A stretch of DNA of 64,000 nucleotides from a virus, in the IMG/VR virus record IMGVR_UViG_3300023210_000017, positions 1 to 64,000 of that record; one strand, 5' to 3'. The position numbers were made by a program, and so were the translations under genes. Positions 50,801 to 60,400 of this stretch are shown here, piece by piece (the stretch's first letter is position 1; every line of letters begins with the position of its first letter). A model generated the notes under the pieces. It saw nothing but the letters and a program-made list of their open reading frames with translations. It ran no database searches and was not told the origin of the DNA.

Positions 50801-53800
50801 TTACTCAAGAGGCTATTGATGCTCTTGCAGGAAATGTTGAAGCTGAATTTAATAGAATAATGTTGGAGTTAAATCCTGAGACAGCTACATATAATCCTGA
50901 GACAAAAGAAGGTGAATTAATTGTAGGAGCTAATGCAGATAAAACTGGTCAAAATTTTGATATAAACGGAAGAGCCTTTCAATTTACTAATAATAAATTA
51001 ATTTTAGAAAATGCTATCAAGAAAGCTTCCATAGATACTTCAACAGCTAATATTGAACATAATGTTGAACTTGTAGAAAGAATTAAAGAAGGTACTCAGA
51101 CAATGTTTATAATGTCTAATGCTGGAGCTACATTTTCAAATTTTAAAACATCTGATCAAATTAGAAATGTATCTATACAAGGTAGGCTAGGTGCTAAAAA
51201 AGCAAATAAGAAAAAAGGCATAAAAGCTCAACCTAAACAATTAGTTGGAGATCCTACATTAAGAAGAGTTAAATCTTATGGTAAGATAAGTGTTGATGGC
51301 TTAAATGAAGGTCAAGTAATAGAAAAATTTGGCAGTGCTTTACATGTTGATAAAATTCCAGGTGCTAAAAAAGATCATATAGTTGCTATTGCTGGTAAAA
51401 GATATTATGTAGAATCTTTAGAAATAAAAGAATTTTTACAAGGTAATAGAGAATCTTATTTATATGAAGTACTTGAAGATGTAGATACATCAGAAGAAGT
51501 TGAACAAGCTGCAACTGAAGGATTTGCTAATAGATTAGAAACATTATTAAAAGATAATGCTAAACTACCTAAAGATAAACAAGTAGCTTATACATTAGAC
51601 TCAGCATTAAAAGCTATTGGGGAAAGCAGAAAAACTTTCAATGAGTTTATTGAAAGAAGAATGGATGAAAACTTTAAAGAGTTTGAAATTGAATTAAATA
51701 AACAATTTCCTAAAGGGGGATTACCTAGATTTATAGATGAAGGTTTAGTTGGATCTACTACAGCTGGTAAAGATGGAAGTTTTGCAAAAGCAAATGAAAA
51801 ATTAAATTTAACAAATAATGCAACGCATAATTTAAAGCAAATATTTATAAATGATTTTATAAATACTACAGCTATAAATGATATTTTATTAGGAGATCAG
51901 ACATATACTCTTAAAGATGCAGTTGATGCAGTTAAAAGAGCAAAGATGCAAAATGCTGCATACTACAGTGCTGAAAGTAAAATAGCAGCTCCAGAAATGG
52001 GAGTTAAAAAAGCAACTAGTAAAATATCTTTATTTGCAACTACAGATCCTGTAGGAACTTCTATTCATACAGGTAAAGATATTGAAATAGCAGATGCTCA
52101 AAACTATATGACTGTTAAAGCATTTAGATATATGTGGTTTGGTTTTGGAAAGCTTACTCAAACTCAATCTAATTTAATTGATAAAATTGAAAGAGGTGAA
52201 GATATACCAGTAGATGATATATTTGGTGCAGCAGGTGCAGCAAAGAAACAAGAAATGCTAAACTCTAAAAAACTTGTTTATGGTGATGGAAGAACTTTTG
52301 ATAAAATGTCTATTGTCCCTCTTACTAAAGCGTTGACTTCTATTAAAAATGAACAAGGCCAATGGGTTGCAAACCCACTTAGAGCTAGACTTCATAATAT
52401 TAGAGTTAAGATGGAGCAGTTTGAGCAAACTAATGATACTATTGCAATAACAGCTCCTTTATCAGCTCTTAAGATGTTAAAAAAGAATGTCACTCTTATT
52501 GATGATTTTAGTGGAGATAGTGGGGCAATCTGGCAATCTGATTCTAAAGTTTCAGGACCTGGGGGTTCTTTTGACTATATGGATAGATTTGTATCAACAA
52601 ATGCTTCTGAGTTATCTATAGATCAATCTATGGAACTTGACACTAACTTTATGGGACTTCAGGTTTTAAATCCTTCTAATAAGATGGAGATAGTAGATCC
52701 TACTCAAATTAAATCAATAATAACCGGAGAACAAGATGATAGTGTTACTGTAATAGTAGACGGTAAACCTGTTTCTATAGGAAAACTTAGAGATCAATAT
52801 AATAAAGCTACATCAGATAGAATGTTGGGTAAGCATTTAAATAAAAGAAATTTAATATTTTCTTTTGATCCTGAGTATGCTTCAGATGAACTTCATAAAA
52901 GCATTAAAGAAGGTGCAATAAATGTAGACTTATTTAATTATTTACAATATGCTCAGACTAGTTTGGAATCATCTCAAAGTGCAAGTGATCTTATTGAGTT
53001 CTTTACAACTGATGAGGATACAGGTGAGCAAAAATATGAACTTAATAATCCAATTGTAATAGCAAAATTTGAACAATTGTTTCTAAGCTATTTTAGTAAA
53101 GGAGTAACAGCTGAAAAATTGCCTGGTACATCTGCAGCTTTAATGTCTGATTTTGGAATGAATGTTTATAGAAGAGTTATAAGCGTAGATGAAAAAGGAC
53201 ATCCGTTAGAACAAGAAATAATTAGATCAGATGATTTCTTAAATAACTATTCTCAAGAAGATCTTATTGCAAGAGGAGATAAACCATTAGACTTTTCAGA
53301 TGATAAAAGTTTTGACACACTTAAACTTGAAGTAGAAAAAGCAAAAGGAAAAGGTGTAATAATATTAGATAGACTTAGATCTGATATGACTGAATTTAAA
53401 GATGGAAAATCTACAAAAATAAAATACAGTGAGTCATTGTTACCTGCTCATTCTAAAGAAGCATACACATTAGTAGATCAGGTTCCATCAAAACAAATAC
53501 CAGATGTACTTTCAAAAATGTTTGGTATACGTATTCCATCTCAGGATAATCATTCTACAGTGAATATTAAAGTTGTAGATTTCTTACCTGTCTTCTATGG
53601 TTCAACAATTGTTTCTTCACGAGAACTAGTTGAGGTATCAGGGGCCGATTTTGATATTGATAAACTTTATATTCAAATGAAGGATTATTATGAAGATAAT
53701 GGAGAATTTAAAGAATATTCAGATTCACATGAAGATTATATTAGATATGTAAATAAACAAGTAAACAAACAAGGGAGTATATATAATGAAGCTTTATTAA

Positions 53801-56800
53801 AATCTCAAAAAGGAATGGATGAAAGTGTTGATGACAGCACTATGGATTCTTTCAAAAAAGAGAAGTTAACAGCAGCCAGCATTAATGCTTTAACTGAATT
53901 AAAATTACCTAGATCTAAAGCTGAGTATGACGCATATATTAAAAAGAATGATAGAATTCCATATGCAGGTGCTTTAAATAATAAAATATTAGATTTAAAA
54001 ATAGCTTTAATAGGTAATGACGGTGTAACAAAATCTATGAATGGTAATTCACCTATATCATATGAAGCCGCAGATATAGAGATACTAACTGATGTATGGA
54101 AAGAAATTTCAGAAGCACTTCCACAGTTAGCTGAATTGGTTAATGAAGATGGGATTAATGCTAATGATTTATTTGGTAAATGGAAAGGATTTACAAATAA
54201 TAAAGCGGGTGCTAGATCAATTGGAGCTGCAGTATTACCAAACTTATATCTAAGTTTAATGCAAGAATATGAACTTGAATTTAACTCAGTAACAGTTGCT
54301 GGTAAAACTTTAGGTACTAAATTAACTTTTGATAATAAAATTTTTAGAAACTTTAGAAATAAAGATGAAAATGGTAAATCTACAACTAGAGAGTTAAAAG
54401 AAGATGGCACTGAAGGTAGAAGAAAGCAATATATAATTTCTGCATTAATTACAGCAATGACAGATAATGCTAAAGAAAGACTTGCTGCTAAATTAGGATT
54501 AAGTAGAAATTCTTTAGCTGTTGTTACTAATATGGTTGCAATGGGTGTTCCAATTAAAACTTCTATATTATTAATGAATCAACCTCAAGTGAAGAGAGTG
54601 TATGAATTAGAAGCATTATCTGGTGATGAAATTTTTAGTGTTACTAAGGTAATGGAAGAAATGGTTTCAGCTCTTGAAGGTGCTGTAATGTCTCATCCTT
54701 CAACTATTAATATTGAAGATATAAATGTTAATCAAAAATCATTGACTGAAGCAATTGATGACCCAAGTTTAGCTTTTGATGATATTTCAGATTTCTTTGA
54801 TAGTGCAGATGACTTAGATTCAAAAATAAATAAAGCTATTGAATCAGGAAAAAATATTAATCCAGAAAATATGGTTAGAGATATTGCCATATTAAATCAA
54901 TTTTTAGAAGCTGCTAAAATTGCAAAGTTTACACGAAATTTAGGAGCAATATTAAATTTAACAGGTGGATATGGTAAAAATTTAGCTGAATTTACACAGA
55001 TTGACAATGCTATAAAAGAACTTGGTTTAAATTTAAGTGATGCGGAATATAATAAATTGCCTATTTCAAAATCTAAATTTACTAAAAGTAGCAAAAGTAA
55101 TTCAAAATTGACTGTAAAGCCAATAATGGATGTAAGAAAGATATTTAAAGGTAAGGCATGGCAAAGTACACTGCTTAATGTATATTTAGAATTTTCTAAA
55201 AATTTAGCACCTAAAGTATTTTTATCTGAAAGCAGAATATACAAAGCAATGTATAATTCAATAATTGATCAGATGGAAGGCTTTGTATCAAATGATACTA
55301 GAGATGTTATTAAACGAGATCTTTTATCTTACATTACATTAAAAGCCTGGGTAAAGTTATCCGTTGAGTCTAGTTCAAGTGGTTGGGCCAATTTGAATAA
55401 TGACATGATTTATGAAGAAGGTGAAAGTAGTATAGGAAACATTGTAGAAAAAGCAAGAGAAGCAAACGGTGCTACATACAATGCGTTTTTAAATGATTTC
55501 ATTAAGATAGAAAGAGCATCAGATGAAAATAATAAAATAGGAATAACAACAATATCAGCAAATACATTAACACCGTTAAATGATTTTCAAAAAATTAATG
55601 TTCAAAATGGATTTAAAGAATTGTTTGTAAATCCTGAAACTAGAGAATATGCTGTTGCAATTTTAAATTATCTAATGGTTAAAGATGGATTGCAACCTAC
55701 ATATAAAACATTGTTGACAGCTGTTTCACCAAGTATGCTTGGACGATATCTTGAAAGTATAACAACAGTGAGAGAAGCTGTTGCAAGAGAAGAAGATTCC
55801 AATCAACTTTTTCAATCAGTATTTGGCATGAGTGCTAGTGAATTAAGATCTGATTTTACAGTTAACTATTTAGCTTCTGTAAAAAATAAAAGATTTGTTC
55901 AACAAAAAGGAGAAGGAACAGCTATTCCATCATATAATCCTATATCACAAGCTATTACTACATCAACTATTTCAACTGAAAAAGTAATATCTCAACCTAA
56001 TACACTTTTTGTTATATTTGATAATGAAGATGGGCTTGGTTCAACTGATGGTGGAATTGTAAGAGATCAACCTAATGTTTATAGAATAAAAATTAAAAAG
56101 AATATAACAAATAATGCAGGTAGTTTTTATACAGAGGATGAAGTTACTGCTAAAACAATAGAGTTAACAAACTCAATAAATCAATTAGAAAAAACTGCAG
56201 AATTATTTCCTGGCGGTATAGTTTTTCCAACAAAAATGGAGGATACTATTAGAAAAGCTTTTAGTGAAAATAATCCAAAAATGCATGATGATTTAGCTAT
56301 TTTATTGCAGGAAAAGTTTGCGTATAGAATGAATGGTGTAAAAACAGAAAAGCAAAAAAATGCGGCCCCTGTAAATAAAAAAGCTGTTAAAAGTCCTATA
56401 TATATAAATAACTCTAAAGAAGTTCCGGTGTTAATCATTGATTTAAATAAAAATGTAGGTAAAGAATTTTCACCAAAATCAAATGAAGTTCAAGAAAGAA
56501 TTCAACCTAAAGCTAAAAACTCTGCAGAAAGAAAAACTTTTAAAGATAATCTTTATAAAGTGAATGTGGCCGGATTTAAAAGTGTAGAAGTTGTAAGAAA
56601 TAATATTCAATATCAAGAAGTATTATTACCTGCAATGATTAAGGTGAAAGGTCAGCTATTTCAATTAGTAACAATAGCCGGAAGTCAATTGGGAGATCAA
56701 TCTATTTTAGATAGTCTTGGTGTTTTATCAGGAAACTACGCTGAATATATTGCAGTACCTGATATGGGTAGTACTGGAGCAACAGCAGTAGGATTTGTAT

Positions 56801-57489
56801 TTCCAAATCTTAAAGAAACTAGTGAAGTTCAAAAGGTTATTAAAGAAGCTAATCCTAATTCAGAAGATGGTGGTAATAAATTTACAAAAGATCCAATACC
56901 ATCACAAGATTATACGCAAGGAGATTATCCAGCAATGGATGCTATACTTGAACAAAAATATGAAGAAATGTCAACTGTAGCAAAATCAGTTAATATTCAG
57001 GTACCAACATATGAAGAATTTATTTTATTAGATACGGCTCAAAAAGCAATTAAAAATTATTTAGATACAATATCTGATTCTGATTCTCAAGTAACTTATA
57101 CTAATGGTTCAGTTACAGTTAATGGAAATCCATTAAATGATCTTAAAGCAGAAATAGAAGAAGCTGGTGGAGGTAAAGCTGAAGATTCTTTTGATATAGG
57201 AGGTCAACCAGCACAACCAGCTAGTGAGGTTGAAGGTAAAAAAGAAGATTCTTTTGATATTAATAATACTGAAGGTGTAGCAAATGAAAATGAAAGTGAT
57301 ATATTTGGGAATTCTTCTGAAACTACATTAATGTTAACAGAATTTTATGATAGTTTGACAATACGTCAAAAACAAATATTAGCAACATTTGAGATTAAAT
57401 CAACTAAAGATTTAATTAAAGAAAGTGAAAAAAATCAATATGGTACAACAGAAGAATTTATTGAAGAGATTAAACAATGTTTTATTTAA
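41884..57489 (+). CDS. giant virion-packaged DNA-dependent RNA polymerase fusion protein with zincin-like domain
   Basis: Catalytic GADFDIDK (53641-53664) preceded by RIPSQ, as in crAss-like vRNAPs; DAQ and TDNAKE motifs; HEAFH (48448-48462) plus EEYMADEF. Confidence 0.92.
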   Translation: MEDIILNNQVPNNPVGVPDDQFNFQTISELEVPPNLAEFDKSLDPEYEVMLEQQSALINKFAMAATHNYNSPYPAPSTGGYNTASQQSAPNPHTLQGKLRLFSDVDKQDPVVKEQGMFGSNVVKIADPVVSGIRQSNFDRFYASPAYGKLGWHPHANMEEYYNERTTWWDDTSRMLGELGALTGTGFLSGYRSWGDLDSVMDLQSAVEYEDAIRIGSSSKDGFGAGFNNFLLNAGYTFGIIGSIALEEAALFGLAAIQGGLNPASDAILAARTASNASRLAKLGRRVANSFSVGKLAQGTRAIVQNLKRIENARDFYSVAKAGGNVLGKMLIPETMSTFKNLKSAQKAGENLTWMARSSKKLGGFYRDARSMNFALSEGRMEGGSVYKSQLSANYAIQAEKNRREGLGDVTSEQMKALSDQALEAAFVTSSWNVPVIYLSNQLLLGNAFGGFKRSLSQMARDNIKGVGKRILKTKATLEGAKGAKKVARDVFEKVDDSFMDWKYLKAKVKAGGAKGGVVMAAGAGLRFFANNVAEGAQELYQEAVSAGVKDYYTSLMRDPANSNIQQMKASAQAGLGEQWSGQGLETFMSGFFMGSVVSGPQKLVFQGIPNLYQAKFNKTEYAEYKANKEKLVDATLKSLNSSWNSQQESVDSMFDTDTLNFLEQKQAAEAMESATMQDNVFDFMDAGDTARFSSLHRMFSTGKEDFFKEQLQDYLTMSDEELGQAFPAEAKAAKSGKLRNKIQKQIKNIDVMREMYDKHNEDMVNPYDPAAFTPGSKEHTEESYKHLAFNHAKMLFMFTKDGFLKAGERAQSIYNKLESDPIIKELAANDITVLLNKDTLQKEIKQLEEEIPGLGEAGTKLLKKDKEKKLEKLKAIAEVLYANENQTLSIKDKRFDRRKTSKLMPKVLDYLKMLAKTKKDFVDESRIKEVINMIIDHNHLSNRQKVYDKAIQFMTNPKELDLIVRRSAEYIKFAHTDKLNLQKELIEKLILRKEINQLLNELMKLDVYVDPSEMLMFNETGDSKHLRTFHTEDGILNEIDDPVLYNKVLSIIDVYRQTSGVQEKIDAEKAAEAEAAQSGTQSADTTKSKIDELLEEEGIKAPEVKIQGKAKNESPVLDKIINSRWIQYRAMQANLGNAPVTLEEFLETAIAKNIITAYTGLKKLWYQSLISMENEQIRMLKYTTDNGFLNWLSLQEENPIVFKILDESNLDFKFFLPDFEKQKGEQAGKEDGEKTFKGYTGNNVEIIEIESIDINTKEKTTYYQIRQKNGDYVEESISDSVAPGNPTLSFTDAAVAKQIAAKIDPLVVNLDAYEFGGQTLQYGMRIKDVKTGKHYIVLANPSDVKSGRIYVLNEDSSYLLASDKRTRNASVEKGKDGKRGLTEAEFQARFKVEKINLGATALPKGASKLRLDSATSLIPHKNDRGTNTEEGKVLAFRRYAYIVQRLSKEELESLEVEVTTNSNGGAFIRQFKLDKEGAEPNPFIDATSAPYNIAIKMPEALSKKMNKLLLAENLNPTKDGIIGYIPNGDVILKDRKTGEVINPLNIQGDQISDLFSTSKDSEVAAKEIQQSFAIQYTIMNAIKDKLDGASEGTFSLTDIGGVNFSTTPGYIEFLKKGETVRIDQLHHNTVDGKVVILKNTKRRNKKGEASISTAFTPMGLPVEEELAFEKKIKSEMNDQSLNIWDSATNAGRYVMIVKQDNGVYSYFPIKSDKLEAEELNTLADALIKQSATTAKENVETNEDGETKVKDLSYSSAWNQDLNNGEIEGISGFYIASIPGYSFDINITAKGGIQVKIYDRAGNEAISLIMSNVSDIAQYAGAENKSDLIKDLFELVNEQLKDAPSKFTKKTSDARKKVIRDASKNISLNLDSLRKSFSQKTKAKDIIDNVVTTVSPSIRAGAKIISNVDGVDAQQMIAAGVTVGPSVPTAGTFTPTETFTDADGKPIPKGPETTTSSEDLDIDLALLSDEAFKEMQDKEFISLTNNQKDFIADKIAKDGLTSLSNRESQVMESSYRDIINGKVAKKLASKSSTASDPKKSTSEKEVVNLRAELEKVKLEIEARETELFDNKLTNAEYMQQIDPTSKIYDKNLKKLVKERNSILSKLGANKVISDDLTTEEVAHIDEFIQWAAENLPDFITIENIDTLGNNMKSGGQRVGSFVMALNNIAGKQSINGTIYAGTSTRHAYHEAFHAIFEMLLTEDQQNQYYKIAKKELLGKLKSQGKSLKSALEELKNSDIDKYKRYSKEKLEKLLYEEYMADEFELFKQNPKSTKTDSWIKSLFNKIIEWLRNVLGTYNATELRVLFEEVNAGKFRSGKVQSNPFTNEAASGVTLDVSKIIRSKTVKGEDGFEYSVSLDPDVGRGMVSSIAARVIMLELENEDPNFNIADAVTTSIDLYRDLYKLDNPQYENLSKAQFDLLIAINNSFEDFGYDFYEAVIDELKLYDIKLELKEEEDSTWEEGYGLRSTGEYDKDASQSGGVRSLPSFIRKYIGTTTISEKDIFGQTVLRTYENDKGETVNENIITAVDFSAAYSGFLKAASGKSDPVTILQSLYLFSIDNPQTSAVVQRLFNDLGIVWEGQLEQGELPGKIKQNGLFQAMLKGFENFKVDYLFIHRVLGNGKNDPNSGKVVTYDAANRDDAHEQIARWTDNYKMLRKQFNLDPSLSKDLSDKLNELMKYLDSDNKQEEISDKKLGDISREFAKLLESTLGIVLSPRYIAFSIASNLVIATPYQDALLRSQKDIVPIQHKVIEELRIGVDNNADIMSETEEGLYGRLRTMALGNAPFDERIGASVFRNPNGDLVYAHQLPTFHLKRIASLNDVKGKGAVIADLAETDPFLAMNFLVKSEAMQKLSAEGRLKITRLSGSKSSRSIEKDEAGGITETYDKNEKGTVYGDYNPQEFIVGLLSAYISGVNPKSGKVNDVIVETEKDGEKSVAIAPVLLRVIEASNTGDMIGLPIIKAILKSSSGKPKITQEAIDALAGNVEAEFNRIMLELNPETATYNPETKEGELIVGANADKTGQNFDINGRAFQFTNNKLILENAIKKASIDTSTANIEHNVELVERIKEGTQTMFIMSNAGATFSNFKTSDQIRNVSIQGRLGAKKANKKKGIKAQPKQLVGDPTLRRVKSYGKISVDGLNEGQVIEKFGSALHVDKIPGAKKDHIVAIAGKRYYVESLEIKEFLQGNRESYLYEVLEDVDTSEEVEQAATEGFANRLETLLKDNAKLPKDKQVAYTLDSALKAIGESRKTFNEFIERRMDENFKEFEIELNKQFPKGGLPRFIDEGLVGSTTAGKDGSFAKANEKLNLTNNATHNLKQIFINDFINTTAINDILLGDQTYTLKDAVDAVKRAKMQNAAYYSAESKIAAPEMGVKKATSKISLFATTDPVGTSIHTGKDIEIADAQNYMTVKAFRYMWFGFGKLTQTQSNLIDKIERGEDIPVDDIFGAAGAAKKQEMLNSKKLVYGDGRTFDKMSIVPLTKALTSIKNEQGQWVANPLRARLHNIRVKMEQFEQTNDTIAITAPLSALKMLKKNVTLIDDFSGDSGAIWQSDSKVSGPGGSFDYMDRFVSTNASELSIDQSMELDTNFMGLQVLNPSNKMEIVDPTQIKSIITGEQDDSVTVIVDGKPVSIGKLRDQYNKATSDRMLGKHLNKRNLIFSFDPEYASDELHKSIKEGAINVDLFNYLQYAQTSLESSQSASDLIEFFTTDEDTGEQKYELNNPIVIAKFEQLFLSYFSKGVTAEKLPGTSAALMSDFGMNVYRRVISVDEKGHPLEQEIIRSDDFLNNYSQEDLIARGDKPLDFSDDKSFDTLKLEVEKAKGKGVIILDRLRSDMTEFKDGKSTKIKYSESLLPAHSKEAYTLVDQVPSKQIPDVLSKMFGIRIPSQDNHSTVNIKVVDFLPVFYGSTIVSSRELVEVSGADFDIDKLYIQMKDYYEDNGEFKEYSDSHEDYIRYVNKQVNKQGSIYNEALLKSQKGMDESVDDSTMDSFKKEKLTAASINALTELKLPRSKAEYDAYIKKNDRIPYAGALNNKILDLKIALIGNDGVTKSMNGNSPISYEAADIEILTDVWKEISEALPQLAELVNEDGINANDLFGKWKGFTNNKAGARSIGAAVLPNLYLSLMQEYELEFNSVTVAGKTLGTKLTFDNKIFRNFRNKDENGKSTTRELKEDGTEGRRKQYIISALITAMTDNAKERLAAKLGLSRNSLAVVTNMVAMGVPIKTSILLMNQPQVKRVYELEALSGDEIFSVTKVMEEMVSALEGAVMSHPSTINIEDINVNQKSLTEAIDDPSLAFDDISDFFDSADDLDSKINKAIESGKNINPENMVRDIAILNQFLEAAKIAKFTRNLGAILNLTGGYGKNLAEFTQIDNAIKELGLNLSDAEYNKLPISKSKFTKSSKSNSKLTVKPIMDVRKIFKGKAWQSTLLNVYLEFSKNLAPKVFLSESRIYKAMYNSIIDQMEGFVSNDTRDVIKRDLLSYITLKAWVKLSVESSSSGWANLNNDMIYEEGESSIGNIVEKAREANGATYNAFLNDFIKIERASDENNKIGITTISANTLTPLNDFQKINVQNGFKELFVNPETREYAVAILNYLMVKDGLQPTYKTLLTAVSPSMLGRYLESITTVREAVAREEDSNQLFQSVFGMSASELRSDFTVNYLASVKNKRFVQQKGEGTAIPSYNPISQAITTSTISTEKVISQPNTLFVIFDNEDGLGSTDGGIVRDQPNVYRIKIKKNITNNAGSFYTEDEVTAKTIELTNSINQLEKTAELFPGGIVFPTKMEDTIRKAFSENNPKMHDDLAILLQEKFAYRMNGVKTEKQKNAAPVNKKAVKSPIYINNSKEVPVLIIDLNKNVGKEFSPKSNEVQERIQPKAKNSAERKTFKDNLYKVNVAGFKSVEVVRNNIQYQEVLLPAMIKVKGQLFQLVTIAGSQLGDQSILDSLGVLSGNYAEYIAVPDMGSTGATAVGFVFPNLKETSEVQKVIKEANPNSEDGGNKFTKDPIPSQDYTQGDYPAMDAILEQKYEEMSTVAKSVNIQVPTYEEFILLDTAQKAIKNYLDTISDSDSQVTYTNGSVTVNGNPLNDLKAEIEEAGGGKAEDSFDIGGQPAQPASEVEGKKEDSFDINNTEGVANENESDIFGNSSETTLMLTEFYDSLTIRQKQILATFEIKSTKDLIKESEKNQYGTTEEFIEEIKQCFI

Positions 57490-57499
57490 GTAAATAATT

Positions 57500-60400
57500 A
57501 TGGCAACGTGTATAAATAAGAACCTTAGTGAATTTAAAGAAGTGGCCAAGGTTATGGGTTCTCCTATTTTAGCAAATAGTTTAATAGCGTCATGGCAAAT
57601 ATTTAATAATAATGATTCAATTCCAACAGTAGTTGAAGCTCTAGCTTTTCATAAAAAAACAAAGTCATTTAGTACTTTAAAAATAAATGAGTTTACTGAA
57701 GCGTTATATGCTAATTTAGTTAGAGAAAAAATACTAACTAAATTTAAAGGTGATTATTATATTGTTTCTTCACAAAATAGAATCTTTGATCCTAATATAA
57801 GAAAGTTTAATAAAGATAGATTATATAACTATTTAAGAATAAATAATATAAATAGTGAATCTGTAGTAGAGACTACAAAAGGAAAAGGTTTATCAATAAA
57901 AATTAATAAAACTTTATTTTCACCAAAAGATATTATTCCTGAATCTAGAGGTTTTAATACTCCACAAACAAAAGAAGTTGTAAGACATTTGATAAGAATG
58001 TTTCCTAAAATGAGAGTGAAGATGTTTTCAGTTAAAGATGCTAAAGCTTTACATGATGCCTTGCCTTCTTCACAAAGATCTAAAGTAAATTTTAATGAAG
58101 TAAGATCTTTCTATATAAATGGAATGGCTATTTTAATTGAAGGTAGAGTTACAGATGATGTTGCTATTGAAGAAATCTTACATCCATTTATTGAAGCAGT
58201 TTCTTTAGATAATACAGCATTGTTTGATGGTTTAGTTAAAGAAGCTAAAAAAAGTTTTCCTGAATTATGGGAAGGTATAAAAGATTCATATAATGATAAT
58301 AAAGAGTTTAGTGAAAAAGATAGAAATTTAGAATTAGTAACTCAAGCTCTATCTAGACATTTCAATAAAGAGAATAAAGAAAATGGTACAGTAACATTCC
58401 GCAACAGAGTAAAAGATTTTTTAGATTGGTTTCTAAATATAATAAAAGATCTTCATGAATATATAGCAGGAAAACCATTGACTGTTGGCATGATATCTCC
58501 AAATGCTACTTTAACAAGCATTGCAAAATTATTAAATACTGAAAGTATTGAATTTAAATTATCTACGTTACCAGAGAAAAAAATAAGATATAATTTATCT
58601 CCAGAAAAAAAGCAGGTTTATGATTATATATCTGCAAGAGGGAATAAAGTTCAGCAATCAATTATAGAAACAATGTTTCATGCTGGTGTAAATTCACCTA
58701 AGCAAGTTGGGTCATTGGCAGCATCTACTATTACAGATGGAGATCCTATATTAGTTTTAGATGAAGCTACACACACCTATCAAGATATTAATGATTTAAC
58801 TAGCAAGTGGACAAGCGCTACAACAGCAATTAATGGTAAAATGTCTGATGAAGTTAAAGCTGAAATTCAATTAAATTTAGATTTAGGAAATGATTTTGAT
58901 TCAATATTAGATGGTTTAGCTACAGATAAGTCATTAGAAGAAATCATGCCTAATCTTAAAGTTTTAAATCAAGAACAATCTGGAAAAGCTTATGCGGCAT
59001 TACAAGCTAATTTAGCATTACTAACGCAAGACGGTAGTATAGCAATACCTCAAGTTGTTGTTTATGATCAAGCAACAGGAATGGCGGGTAGTATTGATTT
59101 ATTATTAGTTAAACCTAATGGGACACTTAAGATAGTAGATCTTAAAACTTCACGTACATCTATTAGTGAAAAGAAAATTGGAGGAAAACTTAAGTATGAC
59201 ACTATAAGTGAGTATGATACTCTTAACGAGGATAGTCTTTTAGCACAAAAAGGATTAGCTAAAGAACTTAGTAAAAGACAAAAGCATAATCTGCAAGTAA
59301 ATCTTTATAGAAGGATGTTAGAAAATATGGGTTATACCATATCTAATGAAGAAGGTGCTACTAGCACAATGCATATTAAAGTTGATGTGACAGGCCGAGG
59401 TAAGGAACAAAAGTTCAAAGGTGGGTTTACAACTGAACAATGGATAGAACATCCTATAAGTCAAAATCAGTTATATGTAGATGCAATTGTACCATCAAAT
59501 GTAAATCAATCTAAAAAAGAAAAAATTAATGAGGCTACATCAGAATCTCCTGAGTCTATTCAAAGTTTTAATTTAAATGAAGAAGACCAAAAGCCGGATC
59601 CAATAGATGTAGACTCTTCTGGTAAGAATTCAGATATTGCATATGAAGTTATAGGTCAATCTTTAATGAATTATCAACTAGGTCTTGTTAAGAAGCAAGA
59701 AGTTATTAATGCAACTCAAGGTAAAGCATTTCTTGGCCGTCATCAAACAACAGCACAATTAGAAGAAAGTGTATTAAATGCAATTAGTGCAGTTAATATA
59801 GCATTAGCTGGATCACCTACAGGTAGATCTAGAACTTATACAGCATTGTTAAGAGATTCTTTAAAGCAAATTAATGAATTTCAAGCTTATGTTGAAGATC
59901 CTGCAAATTTTGGAAAACCTGAGTATATATCTTATGTATTAAATTTTGATAAGTTCTTATCTACTTTTGAAGGACTATATGCTATTAGTAATGCTAAAGG
60001 ATTAAATTCATCACAAAAAACTTTAGTATTACAGCTTCAAACCAAAGCAAATGAAATGGTTGGAGTTGGTGGTTTTGATAAATATTCTGAAGGAGTTATT
60101 GATAAAGCGGTAATGTCATATGTAAGAAGCACTGTTGAAAATACATCTGAAAGAGAGTTTACCAAAGATCAGTTAGATGAGTTATTGCAAATGGGTGAAG
60201 AGATGGGGGTTGTTGATTATCAAACAAGAGATATGGCTACTGCAGAAGATACCCTTTTAGCAGTAATGGATAAAATATATAAAATAAAAAAACAAGAACT
60301 TTTAGATAAAATACAAACTAGAGAAGGTGGCATAAGACGAGCTGCTCAAAAGCTTCAAGAATTAAGCGGTATTACAAATATAGAAAGCCCAAAGCAACTT

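Noticed and set aside
213-56980. Short ORF-track entries antisense to or nested in large genes (e.g. 1030..1347, 8111..8563, 23378..23686, 53805..54410)
   Set aside because: Shadow frames of real genes, with no motifs or start context
41884-57489. Inteins or self-splicing introns in the RNAP or MCP genes
   Set aside because: Frames are uninterrupted and I saw no intein terminal motifs or LAGLIDADG/HNH signatures; a divergent intein cannot be excluded without an HMM search
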